NCBI RefSeq assembly: GCF_963921235.1
Contig: NC_086105.1
Coordinates: 8,928,001 to 8,992,000 of the forward strand
DNA from: Mobula hypostoma
Lineage: Eukaryota
Direction of reading: 5' to 3'
DNA length: 64,000 nt
The notes beneath the pieces are model-generated. The model did not search any database. It was not told where the DNA came from and saw only the letters and a list, made by a program, of their open reading frames with translations. Made by a program: the position numbers and the translations under genes. Below, one piece after another: positions 50,715 to 63,802 of the stretch (the stretch's first letter is position 1; each line of letters begins with the position of its first letter).

Positions 50715-50765
50715 AATAAAGGTCACTCTCTATCTGGTTTCCTCCTGTTTAAGAGCCTGAATAAA
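50715..50765 (+). terminator. Candidate polyadenylation signals of the Spo12-motif gene
   Basis: AATAAA at 50715-50720 and 50760-50765, 240-290 nt after the stop. Confidence 0.5.
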
Positions 50766-50997
50766 AGAAATTAATACTTTAATCCTGCAATGGCAAGTGG
50801 AAAATATTTCAATATGAAGCTTGTATTTAATTCTTAAAAGATGTGAAGGGGCTTTACAGGAGTATGGGTGCTAAGTCAATTGATATGGGGGGAGGGGCCA
50901 CTTCCTGTACCATAAGAACTTCAGAGTCTTATTGACAGATTAGGACATTAGGATTTGGTATAATGGGTGAGGTTTCTTTAGTTAAACCGTTAGACTT

Positions 50998-51869
50998 TGT
51001 CACACAAGCCTGACCATTCGGTGTTTAGTGTGGAGTATAAGTAGCTGAGTTTTGGGTAACCGAGTGTATAGAAGGTGACATGGAATCTTAAGAACATACA
51101 ATCTTAATAAGGTGCAGATCTTGCGGTCCATGATGTTGTGCCAACATTTTAACATACTCCAAGATGAATCTAATGCTTCCTTCCCAAATAGCCACCCGTT
51201 TTTCTTTCTTTCTGGAAGAAATGAAGATCCTGAGGATTTTAACAACTGTAATGCCTTGGTTCACATCTTTACTGTTATGCTGTGGGTGTTTCACTGGCCA
51301 GCTCTGTGGGAGTGGTCTGTTTTGCTTTCAGCATGTTTGGGTTATTGTCGAAGATAAGGGATGATGTGGAATGTGTGCCATCCAATTAGCAGGAGGTTTT
51401 CTTGGTGAGAGACAATAAGATTGATCTCGTTTCTTTTTGTTCGGGGGGAGAAGATGCTGGGGAGAATGGGTCGTAGCATACAATCCGGTGGGAGACCAGT
51501 TTGTTGGAGATGGATTGATGGACGTTCGGAAGGTGGTGTGGACATTCACGCTGTCCGAGGGGCCAGTGCGTGAGTGATGGAAGTTCAAGATGAGTTTCAA
51601 CTTGTGCACATTTGACTGTTTAATTAGAAAGGGCCCTTTTCTTTTTGTTATTCTTTACTAACCCTTAAGTTTCTTAAATATTCCTTTTAATTATGTGCAG
51701 TGTACTGTCTGGTTATTTTGTGGCACCAGTGTGAAACAGTGTGGCAAATTACACAGTATCCACACAAACAAGGGTTTGGGGTGGGAGAGTTCCTCAATCT
51801 CGTGAATTTAGTGGGGTCGGAGGTTGTCTTCCCCAGACTTACACTGCCAAGGAAACCGGGGGTTTCACA
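50998..51869. mobile_element. Possible solo LTR (about 870 bp)
   Basis: TGT...ACA termini, flanks ACTT/ACTG (imperfect 4-bp TSD), and no coding signal inside. Confidence 0.45.
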
Positions 51870-52139
51870 ACTGACGATCTAAAGTAGGACATTGATGAAG
51901 AGTTACCTGCCAAGAGAACCTCAGATCAAGAACAAGGTGGTTTGTGGCAATGGATGTTGATGGTAATAGACAAGTAAGTAGGAGGAAATATCTCCCACTC
52001 TGGATATTGAAGAAGCGACAGATCTGAGTGGGTACGGAGATCATGTAAAATGAACCAGGATGATAGTAGCATCTACAGATGTGTGTATTTGATTAAGCTA
52101 TCAAGAATGCAATAGATTTAATAAATATTGTAATTCAGA

Positions 52140-52790
52140 GTAATACACAAAATGCCAGGGAATGTTGGCAGGGCAGGCACCATCTATGGAGGGGATTAAA
52201 CAGTCAATGCTTCGGGCCAAGACCCTTTGTCAGGATTGGAAAGGAAGGGGTAAGAAGGTGGAAGGAGTACAAGCTGGCAGGTGAGAGGGGAGGAGGGGTG
52301 ATGAAATGATAGGTAGAAAAGGTAAAGGGTTGAAGAAAAAGGAATCTAGTAGGAAAGTGGACCATGGGAGAAAGGGAAAGAGGAGGGGCACCCCAGGCGG
52401 GTCTTGGGCAGCAGTGAGGAGAAGGGAGCTAGAATGGGAAATTTAAGGAGAGGAGGGAAAAGTTACCAGTTGGAGAAATCAATGTTAATGTTGTTGGGTT
52501 GGAGTCTTGCCAGAAGGAACACAAGTTGTTGCTCCTTCAACTTGAAAGTAGTCTCACTGTGGCAGAGGCCATGGACCAACATATGGGAATTGGAAATTAA
52601 AGGGGTGGCCACTGGGAATTCCTGCCTGTTGTAGACAGTAAAGATGCTTGATGAAGCTGCCCCCATCTACATCAGGTGTCACAAGATGTAGAGGAAGCCG
52701 CAACGGGAGCACCAAATACAATGGTGGGTGAATATTGTCTCACCTGGAAGTACTGTTTGGGGCCTTGAAACGTGTTGAGGAAGGAGGTGT
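52140..52790 (-). mobile_element. Old, diverged Penelope-like 3' fragment
   Basis: ORF ..FPVATPL..ETTFKLKEQQLVFLLARLQPNNINIDFSN is homologous to the GIY-YIG C-terminus near 46230-46320. Confidence 0.75.
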
Positions 52791-55700
52791 AAATTCTCCA
52801 ACATGGTAAAAAAAAATTGAAAACTGGAGGTTTTGCGTTGATGTATGGTGCAATTTTATGCTCTTTATAGGATTACTCCGAGAAAAATGCAGATGAGGAT
52901 CTTTTCCCCGAAATATAGAAAATGGGGAGGAAACCAGAACTGAAATGTTTCAGCTCAAATGTCATCTTATTCATGTTGCCTAATCTGGGACTTATGCTAT
53001 CGTAGTTTCTCAGTGCCTGCAATATTTTGCTTGTCTAAAAAGAGGGACTTGGATGAATCAGAAAAATATTTTTCTATTAACTGTGGACTGCACTGGCAGT
53101 TCCATAGCAATGCAAGAACAAAAGTCATTTTACCCACTTGCTTGTTCCACTACTTTCACAGATCATACCAATGTGTAGCTGTTCCAGTTCCTTGTCTTGA
53201 TGTTTAAATCCCTTAATGGGTTTGTTTACCATGCATTATTTCTGGATGTGATTGTAATTAACTCTCACTGTATTTGGGGGAAATTTTCAGATGGTCCTTG
53301 TTTGTTCAAGACTTTGGCTCCAATGCTGTCAGTTTTGCTGCCATCTTTTGTTTTGAAAAAGTATTATGTCTTGTTTCAGAAGTCAAGCATGAGTTTGTGA
53401 TGTCACAGAAAGTCATCAGCTTTTGGTAAAATGGCTTTTAATTTTGATAACCGAAATTGATAATAGGACAGGACAGCACAGCACAGGAGCTACTAGCTTA
53501 TTTTGACCTACTGTGTTTGTGTTGACTGTGATGCTAATTTAAACTGCACAGACTATAGCCTATAGATTCTCATGAGTCAATAATGTGAAACAAATTTGAT
53601 CTTTGCCTTTTCTAAATGAAGGGCTATAAACTTTTAAGTTCTCATTCTTAAAAATGGGTTTAAAAGTTCTTTTGATTTTTTTTAATATCTCATTTTTGGA
53701 GTTGGAGGGCTTTTTTTTAATATATAAAACAATAATGGCAATATTTGTTTGGTGTTTACCACAACTCTCCTGCAGCACTACAAATGTTTTCCCTCAAATA
53801 TTTTCCCATTTGTTTTTGAAAGATTTTGAATCACAATTTTTTTTAATGTCCATAGTTATGCATGGCTCTTATTAACTCATTTAAATCTATACTCTTTTTA
53901 ACTTCGGATTTTCTATGTAGTTTAAACTCTACCAACCTTTATGGAGAGTAAATCAAGTCTCAATCTCCAAGGCGTCGACACATCTTTCATTAGAATGGAA
54001 AACAATACTCCAGCTGGCCTCTTGTAATTTTAGCCCCACCTTTGTGGTGCAATTGCTATTTTCCTAACCAAATCTGTAGTTATGTTCTATTAACAGTAAA
54101 GAGAGGAAGCTGCTAATTTTCCATTGGAAGAAGTAAATTGCAAGAGCCTTTTTGATGTGGATCTGTTTTCTCAGGGAACCAAGTAGATAGTTAGATTCTC
54201 ATATGGTACAAATCTGAGTGGCAATGTAATTTGCAAAGGGTGTATTTGTGATGTAGAGACTGTAACAGAAATTCACAAGTTGACTCCTGGGATGGGAAGT
54301 TGCCCTTTAAGGAGGAGTGAAGTAGATTAGGCCACAGTTCGGTAAAAGGAGAACCATACAGATTCATCTGAGGTGACAGAGTTGATGCATGATTGATATT
54401 TGTGGCATTCCTCCATCCATTGTGGGTCACAAAATAAAGGGTTGGTTGCTCAGAACAGATTGTAAGAAATTTCTACAGCTGGAGATTACAGAATCTTAGG
54501 AATTAACTCCCAAAGAGTGCTGTGAAAAATGTTGCTGAATATTGGCAAACCAGGTCAGATTACACTGGACAACATTTTTTTTTCAAAAGTGTTGTTTCCT
54601 CAGAATTTTTTTTGTTTATCACTTGACAGTGAATACAAATATAATCTCAGATTAGTTGTATTCGTGTAGGAATTTGGAGAAACAAGAAACTAACTTTTAT
54701 CGAATATAATGTGTTTAATTGCTTAATGGTGCTGCTGCTTTGCAGTGGTTCAACTAAGCTAAAAATGTTTCAGTGTCTGAGGCTTCTTGCTTAAGTGTCC
54801 AGCATTGTTGGATTCCAGGCACTCTGATACCATTTCTCCATGAATGCAATGTCCTGGTGATGTCCGAGATTCATCATGCTCGTCACTGACAGCACCAGGA
54901 TTTGCAGGGATGGAGATTAAACAGGAATGCAGAATGAATCTTTGGTGACATATTACACCACGGTTTTGTATACATGAAGCATGTTGTCAACTAGCTGCCT
55001 ATAGTTTGATGCTCTGTAGTTGCCAAGAAATTTTCGACAACATCCTTGAATGGCTTCCATGTGATTTTTCTCCAGTCTTGCTAGAATTGCCCGTCACTGT
55101 TGATCTGTTTGAATTGTGGACCAACAAAAATGCCTTCGTTAATCTTGGTGTCAGTTATTCTGGGAAACATCTGTCTGAATAGCTTTTCTGAAACCTGCCC
55201 TGCAAGCCTGGACGAGAAGGAAAAATGTTCAGCTTACATTGTGGATAACATTATGAATTCAAATAACAAAACAAGGTGATTTCCCAAAAAAAAGTGCTTG
55301 ATAGGGAAATTTCATGGTGATTTTTCGCAATCAATAGTCCAAAGTCCTTAAGATACCCTCAAAAATATTCAGGAAGCAAAATCTTTGTTTAGTGTTATCA
55401 GTGTACGAGTCCCAGAATCCCTGAAGGTGGCAGCACAGGTAGATAAGGTAGTGAAGAAGGCTTATTGGATACTTGCTTTCCTTAGCCTGTACAACTGGAG
55501 TACAGTACTATGTATATTTCTGGTTGTTAAGGGATGGGTATGATCATACTGGAGAGGTTGCAGCAGAGATTTACTGGGCTGTGGTTTCCTTTATAGTGAG
55601 TGTTTCATTTATAAATAAACTAGATAAGCTAGGTTTGTTTATTGTTCAATAGAGGTGACCGAGAGAGACCAGAAACGTTTTTAAAAAACATATGAATGAC

Positions 55701-56949
55701 AGTAGAAAGCAGCGGCGGTGTCTACAAGTTGAGGGCGTAGATATATATTTTGTGGGGGTCTGAGGAGGAACTTGAACGTGCTGCCTGACTGGGTGATGGA
55801 GGCAGGTACTCTCAATATCTAGTCAAGCGCTTGAATTGCCAAGGCAGTGACGATTGGGGGTAGATGGGATTTGTTTAAACGAGTAAATGGTCAAGTGCCT
55901 GTTTTTGTGCTCTATAGCCAGATGACTCAACTATTGCCGATCAAGGGTGACAGTACAGGAAAATGATGGACATGATCTTATTAAATTGTGGAGTGAGTTC
56001 AAGGTACCAAAGAGCTGTCTCTATTATTTTGATAATAGTGGTGCTGATGATAAACAAGTTTAAAAACACTGTAATGCAACGCAGTACCAGTGACCTGTCT
56101 GCAAGTTTGTATGTTCTTGCCGAGACCGCATGGGTTTCGTCCGGGTGCTCCAGTTTCCCCTCACAATCCACAGTTGGTAGGTTATTTGGTCATTGTAAAT
56201 TGTCCCCTGATTAGGCGAGGGTTAAAGCGAGATTTGCTGTTCCGCGCTGTATCTTAATAAATTAAAAAAATGACAATGATTATCCTCCATTAATAATTTA
56301 TACTTGTATGAATGGACAGGAGTAAGGCTTCAAAGGGAATTGAAAAATCAGAATGTGCTTCCTAGCAGGAGCCATTGCGGGTTAATCAAACCGAGTTGGA
56401 ATAAAAGTTTTCTTTGGGGTCAACCTATTGCCCGTTACGCTGCTGGCGTTTACGGCAGCAATGAAGGTTTCCCCCGTCTCTGGCGGTGTTCTGAGCTTCC
56501 TTCACCCAGCAGCTCGGTTTTCACTATTGTCAGTCACGCAAGTCCCGGGTGGCGACTCAAGAATACGGTCGCACATAGATGTAGAACATTTTTGTCTTTG
56601 CCGTTTCCGTAAGTCAGGTATGTTAGTCCCGAGCTTGAGACCCTGAATCTCCCAGTCCGGCCTCTGCCCTTTCACCCGTTTGGAATGGGTGACCCTACCC
56701 AGAGCCAGGTATCTCTCCAGGTCACTGGGGTACGCAACCTCCAAACCACGACAAGGTTGTGGTCCTCTTGGAGGTTTCTTTGGGGTGGGGGGGGGGAGGA
56801 AATTAATTACTGCTAATTAGAAGATCGTGAAAATCATTTGCTTCCAGTCAAAATCAACCTAGTTTTTTTTACTGGCGTAAGTTCTAAGTCTGCAAACTGG
56901 GCTGAAGCCGCTTGTTTGTAATGTATCAGGTGCGGGGTTAAAATGCTGC

Positions 56950-57207
56950 ACATTCCGCGGCCCCGGAGAGACCCCGCCCCTCGCCTGTCAATCAAATGAC
57001 GTACACCAAAGGACTGACGCAGGAGGAAGGAGACGCCATTAGACGAGGAGGGCGGCTTGTTTACTGTTCCTGCTCGACTGGGTGAGCCGGCGGCTTTCCC
57101 CCCAGTTGGTCTGCGCTTTCATTCCCTCCCCCTACTCACCGCCACATCCCACCCTGGTCCCATGTGATTGTGTCCGAGGCTCGCTTGGATTCATTTTCCT
57201 CCCGATA
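56950..57207 (+). promoter_or_regulatory. RAB21: RAB21 CpG-island promoter/5'UTR
   Basis: GC box CCCCGCCCC and TGACGT / TGACGC half-CRE sites in CpG-rich sequence upstream of the ATG. Confidence 0.65.
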
Positions 57208-57336
57208 ATGGCGAGTGGCGGCAAAACCTACTCGTTTAAAGTTGTCCTGCTCGGGGAAGGCTGCGTGGGGAAGACATCACTGGTTCTGAGATACTGTGAG
57301 AACAAATTCAACGACAAGCACATCACTACGCTTCAG
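57208..57336 (+). CDS. RAB21: RAB21 exon 1 coding part
   Basis: MASGGKTYSFKVVLLGEGCVGKTSLVLRYCENKFNDKHITTLQ|GT, containing the Rab21-diagnostic P-loop GEGCVGKTS. Confidence 0.96.
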
Positions 57337-59902
57337 GTTCGTCCTTTGCTGTATAGTTGCTTCCCATCCCAACCCCCTTGCCAGCTTTGGATCACTGCCT
57401 GACGAAAGGGGAACTGACGATTACGGCGCCTGCCAATCGAAGGCCTTTTGCTAAATGTCGCCCAGGAAAATGATCTTCAGTTTCCTCTTCTATCCTACAG
57501 CCTGAGATAGATTTTAATGTGATAAGCATGTTAGTTGTGTGTTCGCCGCAGTTCCATTAAAATCTACCAATACTGAGAAATACCAGAGCCGGGAAACGAT
57601 AACCGCTGATTTGGATTACGGTTGATGTTTTGTGAGGAAGAATCCTCCCAAGAAGCATGTTTATCCCAAATGATATGTTGTCAAACTGGACTTTGGGATA
57701 GACGTCGTAATATATTTTGGCCCTATATATTTGCCCCCAAAATTGTTCTTCCTGTATCAATTACGAATAATTGAGCGTTTATTGTAGCTGAATTTATGAT
57801 TCGTTGTTTCATTGTACCTTTCAGAGAGGTTTAAAATTCAGTAAGTCACTCAAACGGAGGGACTTGCATATTTAATCCTTAGTAAATGAGGGTGAGGCGA
57901 CAAGTTCCGCAGGGAAGGTTTACATTTCATTCCCCTTCGCAGAATACTGTCTCTTTTGTCATTGGTGTTAATCGCTGCTTGAAAACAGTTAAGATATTCT
58001 TGCATCATTTTAGGTGACGAAGTGTATTTCACTTGACTTTGAGTTATGTGATTTTGTAATCGTGTACTCGTTTCTGTGAATTGTTTGACACACTAACTTA
58101 AAATATATGAATAATATTAAAATATTGAGGTGGAAACTTTGCTAGGTTGTACAAATGAACCCATTGTTGTACTGGTTATTGTTCTACACTTAATATTGCA
58201 AATCATTGTTTTGAAACAATCATCTGCAAACATTGATTGTTTCAAAATAGATGCAGTCTGGAATAACTGCCAGTGCATCACAATCAGGTTTAATATCACT
58301 AGCATGTGTCATGAAATTTGTCCACTTTTGTGGTAGCACTACAAAAGAGAGAAAAAGAAAATTGTGGATTACAATAAAATATATAGTATAATAAATTTAG
58401 TGCAAAAATAATAGGAAATAAAAGAAGTAGTGAGATAGTGTTCATGTGATGAATATCCATTCAGAAATTGGATGAAAGTTAGAAAGTTCTGATAAAGGGT
58501 CTTAGCCCAAAATGTCACTGTTCACTTCCCTCCAAGGATGCTGCTGGACCTGCTAAATTGCTCCAAAATTTTGTGTGTTGCAAAAGTTAGTCGTAGAGAT
58601 GTACAGCGCAAAAACAGGCCCTTTGGCCCATCTAGTCCATGCTGAAATAATTTAAGTTGCCTCCTCCCATCAACCTGCACTGGGACCGTAGCCTTCCGTC
58701 CATGTACCTATCCAAACTTAACTGATAAAATCGAGCTTGCATGCACCACTTGTGTTGGCAATTCATTCCACACTCTTACAATCCTCTTAGTGAAACTGAG
58801 TTACAAATTGAGTTTTTTAACACTCTTGGCATCAGTCAAGTTCACTTCAGACACTGCTGACATTGAATAAAATTAAAATATTAATGAGTCTTAAATGTCA
58901 CTTCTAGGTTAGTATTTGTTCTTCATCCCAAATAGTCAAACATTGTAGAAAGAGAAACAGATGTTTTGTTTTGCAGCATAGATCTGACACAAGGTCTTTG
59001 ACCTGAAGCATTCTCTTTCCTTGGATGCTGCTTAACCTTCTGAGTGTTTCCAGCATTTTCTGCTTTTATTTTGGATTTCCAGCATCTGTAGTTTGGTATG
59101 ATTTTGATTAAGAAGCAACCATATTGAAGGGATAGGAATGTATAATAGGCCATGCTGCACAAGGATGGTGGAATTTCTTAATGAAGCAGATTAGTTTTTA
59201 TAATAATCCATTCATTTTGTAGTCATTGTTATTAACACAAGGTGATGAGTTTTAATTACTCATATTTGAATCCCCAGTTGCTACAGTGGGATTCTAACTT
59301 TGTCTTGAGGTGAATGCTGATCCAATAGATTAACTGCAGTGTTATGACGTTTCCTTGTAAATTTGAAATGCATAGCCTGTTTCAGCAGCCAATATTTGGT
59401 TGATCATTCAATTGTGATACTTACTTTAGCCCATCACCCCTACTGGGGTACAGGCCGTCAACAGCAGCTTGCCAGAGTCCTCTGTCCTGGGCCAGTCTTT
59501 CATGTCGTCCCCAGGTGTGGCCCATTCAATATCCTTCCTCTCCCAGGGATGAGGTCTTTGGAGCTTCTGTTGGCATTTCTGTAGCACTCGGTTTTTATGG
59601 GATGTAGTTGCTAGCCCCATGCCCGACTCCATTACAGCTGAGCTTGGGACTATCCATGGCAGTTATTCAATTGTGATGCTAAAGCTAACAGTTTCTGTTC
59701 TCTTTTGCTGATAACTTGTACAATGATTCGTTGGCAAATTAATTTGGGTTCTGCAGGTGTAGATTATAACCTTTTAAAATACTGCATCTTAATAGTTTAG
59801 TATAGTACAAGTAAATGTACAGAAATTAAGTTGACTAAATGCCACACTTGTTTGCTAATCGTTTTTCAAAGTTTCAAAGTCAATTTATTATCAAAGTACA
59901 AA

Positions 59903-61472
59903 CAGTTGCAAGAAGTTTGTGAACCCTTTGCAATTACCTGGTTTTCTGCATTACATATAAAATGTGGTCTGATCTTCATCTAAGTTACAATAATAGACAA
60001 ATACTAGCTGCCTAAACTAATAACACACGAACAATTGTTCTTTTCATGTCTTTATTGAACGCATTGTTTAATTATCCATGGTCCAGGATGGAAAAGGTAT
60101 GTGAACCTTTGTATTTAATAACTGGTACAACCTCCTTTAACAGCAACTACCTCCAGCAAAACATTTCCTCAAGCTGCTGATCAGACATGCACAATGGTGA
60201 GGAGGAATTTTAAATCATCCTCCACACAAAACTGTTTCAGTTCATCACTATTTCTGGAATATCTTGCATGAACAGCTCTCTTCAGGTCATGCCACAGCAT
60301 CTCAATTGGGTTAAGGTCTGAACTCTAACTTGGCCATTCCAAAACACACACATTCTTCATTTTAAACCCTTCCGTCGTTAATTTACTCTTGTGTTTTAGA
60401 TCATTGTCTTGTTGCATCATCCAATTTCTATTAAGCTTCAGGTGACAAACTGCTACCCTGACATTCTCCTGTAAAATGTCTTGATGCAATTTTGAAGTCA
60501 TTGTTCCCTCAACAATTGCAAGTTGTCCAGGCCCTGAGGCAGCAAAGCAGACCCAAATCATGATGCTCCTTCCACTATGCTTCACGTTTGGGATAAGGTT
60601 TTGGTGTTGGTGTGCTGTGCCCTTTTTCCTCCAAACTTAGCTGTGTGAATTTCTGCCAAAAAGTTCGATTTTTGTTTCATCTGGCCACAGAACATTGTCC
60701 CAGAAGCGTTGTGGAACATCCAGGTGGCCTTTTACAAACTTGAGATGTGCAGCAATGTTTTTTTTGGAGAGCAGTAGTTTCCTTAATGGTATCCTTCCAT
60801 GAACACCATTGTTGTTCAGTGTTTTTCTTATAGTGGACACATGAACAGACACTTTAGCAAGTTCTCGAGATTTCTGCAGGTGTTTTGCTGTTACCCCTTG
60901 GGTTCATTTTCACTCCTTCAGCATTGCACTTGTGCTCTTGGTGTGATCTTTGCAGGAAGTGTATTCCAAGGGAGAGTAGCAACGATACTGAATTTCCACC
61001 ATTGTAGACAATTTCTCTTAATGTGCACTGATGAACACTCAGTTCTTTTTCAGCTTGAAGGTCTTAGAAGATCTTATTCTAAGGTCCTCTGAAAAATGTT
61101 TTGATGGAGGCATGGTGCACAAACAGATCTTTCTAGAGAAGAGCAGGCCCTGTCAGTAACCTAACTTTGTGTGTCTTTTTTATAGGGCAGAGTACCTCTA
61201 TAACCCATACCTCTAATCTCGTCTCATTGATTGGAACACCTGACTCCAAATGGCTTTTGTAGGAGGTGTTACCTCAGAGGTTCACATGCTTTTTAAAACC
61301 AGGACTTTGAATGATTAAACAATGTGTTCGATAAGGACATGAAAAATACAATTGTTTGTTATTAGTTTAGGCAGATTGTGTTTGTCTATTATTGTGACAG
61401 ATGAAGATCAGACCACATTTTATGAGTAATTAATATAGAAAACCAGGTAATTGCAAAGGGTTCTTCCAACTG
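59903..61472 (-). mobile_element. Decayed Tc1-like DNA transposon with long TIRs
   Basis: ORF pieces FWDNVLWPDETKIELFG, KHSGRSIMIWVCF and MQQDNDLKHKSK (DD34E family). Ends are CAGTTG...CAACTG|TA, with inverted repeats of about 200 bp. Confidence 0.88.
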
Positions 61473-63209
61473 TATATGTCACCATATACAACCCTGACAT
61501 ACTTTGTTTTGCGGGCGTACTCAAGTCCATAGAATAATAACCATAACAAAATCAATGAAATAACCACACCAATGTGAGTGTTCAACCAGAGTGCAAAAGA
61601 CAAGAAACTGTGCAAACACAAAACTAAAGAAATAATGATAAATAAACAATAAATACGGAGAACATAAAATGAAGAGTCTTTGAAAGTAAGTTCATAGGGG
61701 CAAATGAAGTTATTTCTTTTGGTTCAAGAGCCTGATGGTTAAGGGGTAATAACGGTTCTGAGTCCTGAGGCTCCTGTACCACCTCCCTGATGGCAGCAAT
61801 GAGAAGAGAGTATGACCTGGGTGCTTGGGGTCCCTGCTGATGGATGCTGCTTTCCTGTGACAGTGTTTCACATAGATGTGCTCAATGGTGGGGAGGGCTT
61901 TACCCAAGATCCATTACTTTTTGTAGGAATTTCCATTCAAGGGACTCATTGTTTTTATACCAACCTCTGATGCATTCAGTCACTATACTCTCCACTACAC
62001 ATCTACACAAGTTCATCAAAGTTTTAGATGTAATGTTGAATCTTTGCAAACACCTAAGGAAGTAGAGGTGCTATCATGCTTTCTTCATAATTGCACTTGT
62101 TTGCTGGATCCATGACAGGTCCTCCAAAATAACAACATTTAGAAAAGGATGGAGTAATTATTTAGCATCATTGCACGTTTACATTCAGTAGGTACAAAGA
62201 GTCTTTTGAAAATGACTCTTGTCTCAACTACATGTTTCTGAAGCCAAGAAGTTTAATTCCACCTCCAAATTGGATGATCACAAGTGTACTTTCATTTCTA
62301 CTGTGCATTTTATATAGTACAATACCACAAATTACTTTATAGGATTCTGATCAGAAATATTCTGATGTTCAGTCAGTTCATCAAATTATGATCGAGGATC
62401 AAGGGTTCTTAAACGATGAGTATAGAAGGGTAGGCAAGGAGGAGTTTTCCCAGGCATGAGAAGGCATGGGTGACAGTGACAAAATGATGGAAATTGGGAA
62501 TGAATGCACATTCAGAATTGGAAGAATGCACAAATTTCTGAATGCTATTTGTTTATTTTTCTTGTTTGCACATTTCTTTTCCTTTTTTCTCTCTGCAAAC
62601 TGAGTGTTTGGTCTTTTGTTTTAATAGGTTCTTTTGAATTTCTTTTGTAGCTGCCTGTAAGAAGATGAATCTCAAGGTTGTGTAATGCATACATATTTAA
62701 ATAATAAGTATACTTTGACTTTATTCTTAGAAGTCTGTCAAGAAACTCGTGATTGGTCTACCATGGAATAATTTAAAAACAAGGCTTGGCTGTACTGGGT
62801 ACCAGTGAAGTCAGTTTACACAGCTAATAATGCATATTTTTACATCATACATTGAAGATCAGAACAAAACTAATTTATCCCAGTATTAAAATTTAAATTT
62901 TGGGCTGGGCTACGATAATCTAAATGCACAATAATGCACTTAGCATTCCTTTGTTTAGTAGCTGAGGATGTAATAGTTGTAATGGTGGAAGTATTTTGAC
63001 AAGTATTCAGACCTTTGAACAGATACTGTCAGCATCCCAACTGGAGCAGTTAAAATGCCTTGAAGTGAATTGTTATTTCTCTGATAAGCTGAGTTGTTTT
63101 GTTGTCAATGTATAAACTCTCCCTATTCAATTTAATTTAGTTTGTTGTTAAAGGCTGCCCATTCATACGCATCAGATATACTCCATTTTATTAGTTAGAA
63201 AAGGTGTGC

Positions 63210-63675
63210 TATCATTGGAGAGGGTCCAGAGAAGGTTTACAAGAATGATTCCAGGAACAAAAAGGCTAATGTATGAGGAGCAATTGATGGCTTTGGGTCT
63301 GTACTTATGGGAATTTAGAAGAATGAGGGCCATCTCATTGAAACCAATCGAGTATTGAAAGAGTGGATGTGGAGAGTATGATTCATATAGTGATGGAGTC
63401 TAGGACCAGAGAGAACAACTTCAGAATAGAGGGAAGTCCCTCTAGAATATAGAAATTCCACATCTCTAGGGAGAGAGTGGTCAATCTATGGAATTCATTG
63501 CTACAAACAGCTGTGGAGGTAGTCATTGGGTATATTTAAAGTGGAGATTGATAGATAATTAGTAATGGTATGAAAGGTTATGGGGAGAAAATGGATTGAG
63601 AGGGATAATAAATCAGCCATGATTGTGGAACAGGTTCAGTGGGTCGAATGGCCTAGTTCTGCTTCTATGTCTTGT
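63210..63675 (+). mobile_element. Decayed CR1-type LINE 3' fragment
   Basis: LERVQRRFTRMIPG..YEEQL..LGLY..EFRRMR-type sequence and a CR1 tail. Confidence 0.7.
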
Positions 63676-63742
63676 ATCCTTTTCTTACTCTATCAGTAAA
63701 ATTTCTAACTTGTAATTTCATGGGCTTTCTTCTTATTCTTAG

Positions 63743-63802
63743 GCATCATTCTTAACAAAAAAACTGAATATTGGAGGCAAAAGAGTAAATATTGCAATTT
63801 GG
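63743..63802 (+). CDS. RAB21: RAB21 exon 2 (60 nt); the gene continues beyond the window
   Basis: TTAG| ASFLTKKLNIGGKRVNIAIW |GTAAGT. Confidence 0.95.
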
